From assembly GCF_009914755.1 (NCBI RefSeq), contig NC_060930.1: a DNA stretch of 64,000 bases; one strand, given 5' to 3'. Of the stretch, positions 63,610 to 64,000 are shown piece by piece (position 1 is the stretch's first letter; every line of letters begins with the position of its first letter). Origin of the DNA: the human T2T-CHM13v2.0 reference genome, Homo sapiens. A program made the translations under genes and the position numbers. The notes beneath the pieces are model-generated. The model was not told the origin of the DNA. It searched no databases and worked only from the letters and a program-made list of their open reading frames with translations.

Positions 63610-63736
63610 GGGAAAGAAAAAGAGGGTAGAAGGGAGGGAAGGAGGGAGAGAAGAAGGGAGGGAAGGAGGGAGAGAAGAAGAGAGAGAAAGAGGGAGAAGG
63701 AAGGAAGGAAGGAAGGGAGGGAGGGAAGGAAGGAAA
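63610..63736. repeat. Purine-rich (GGAA/GGGA)n low-complexity tract
   Basis: Read directly. Confidence 0.9.
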
Positions 63737-63869
63737 GACCACAAACCTCACTTTGTGGAATATAAATATTTGTCAAGAGACAGCCTCTTAAAGCAGGTTG
63801 CTGTCAGGAGGCAAAATCCTAACTAAGCACAAGTTAAGGTTTATTGCCCTGGTCAAAAATCAACAATAG

Positions 63870-64000
63870 GGCCGAGCGCAGTGGCTCACGCCTGTAATCC
63901 CAGCACTTTGGGAGGCCGAGGCAGGCGGATCACCTGAGGTCACGAGTTCGAGACCAGCCTAGCTAACATGGTGAAATCCCATTTCTACTAAAAATACAAA
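63870..64000 (+). mobile_element. AluS left arm (cut by window edge)
   Basis: Alu body. Confidence 0.95.

Overview
Primate (human-like) genomic DNA. It is AT-rich, has no CpG island and is dense in interspersed repeats: about 36 Alus (J/S/Y), L1PA2/L1PA/L1PB/L1M fragments, L2, MIR, MER5A, MER58A, MER63, MER96B, MER6A, MER2, MER44, Tigger2a/4a, MLT1, LTR16/LTR33, plus a tailless 7SK retrocopy. I see no intact protein-coding gene, and most listed ORFs are Alu, L1 or low-complexity artefacts. The main hidden signal is on the minus strand. About 28 unique-sequence segments between the repeats are bounded by polypyrimidine-AG acceptors and GT (or GC) donors, from ~55.5 kb down to the left edge. 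Eight consecutive segments (22311->7608) splice into one frame of 393 codons with only 6 stops. This looks like a decayed, intron-containing gene for a large protein I cannot name (candidate unitary pseudogene) that continues past the left edge. Reading frames of the upstream exons are ambiguous. A possible plus-strand terminal exon with a polyA signal lies at ~56.6 kb. Repeat family calls come from my recall of consensus sequences, and their boundaries are approximate.
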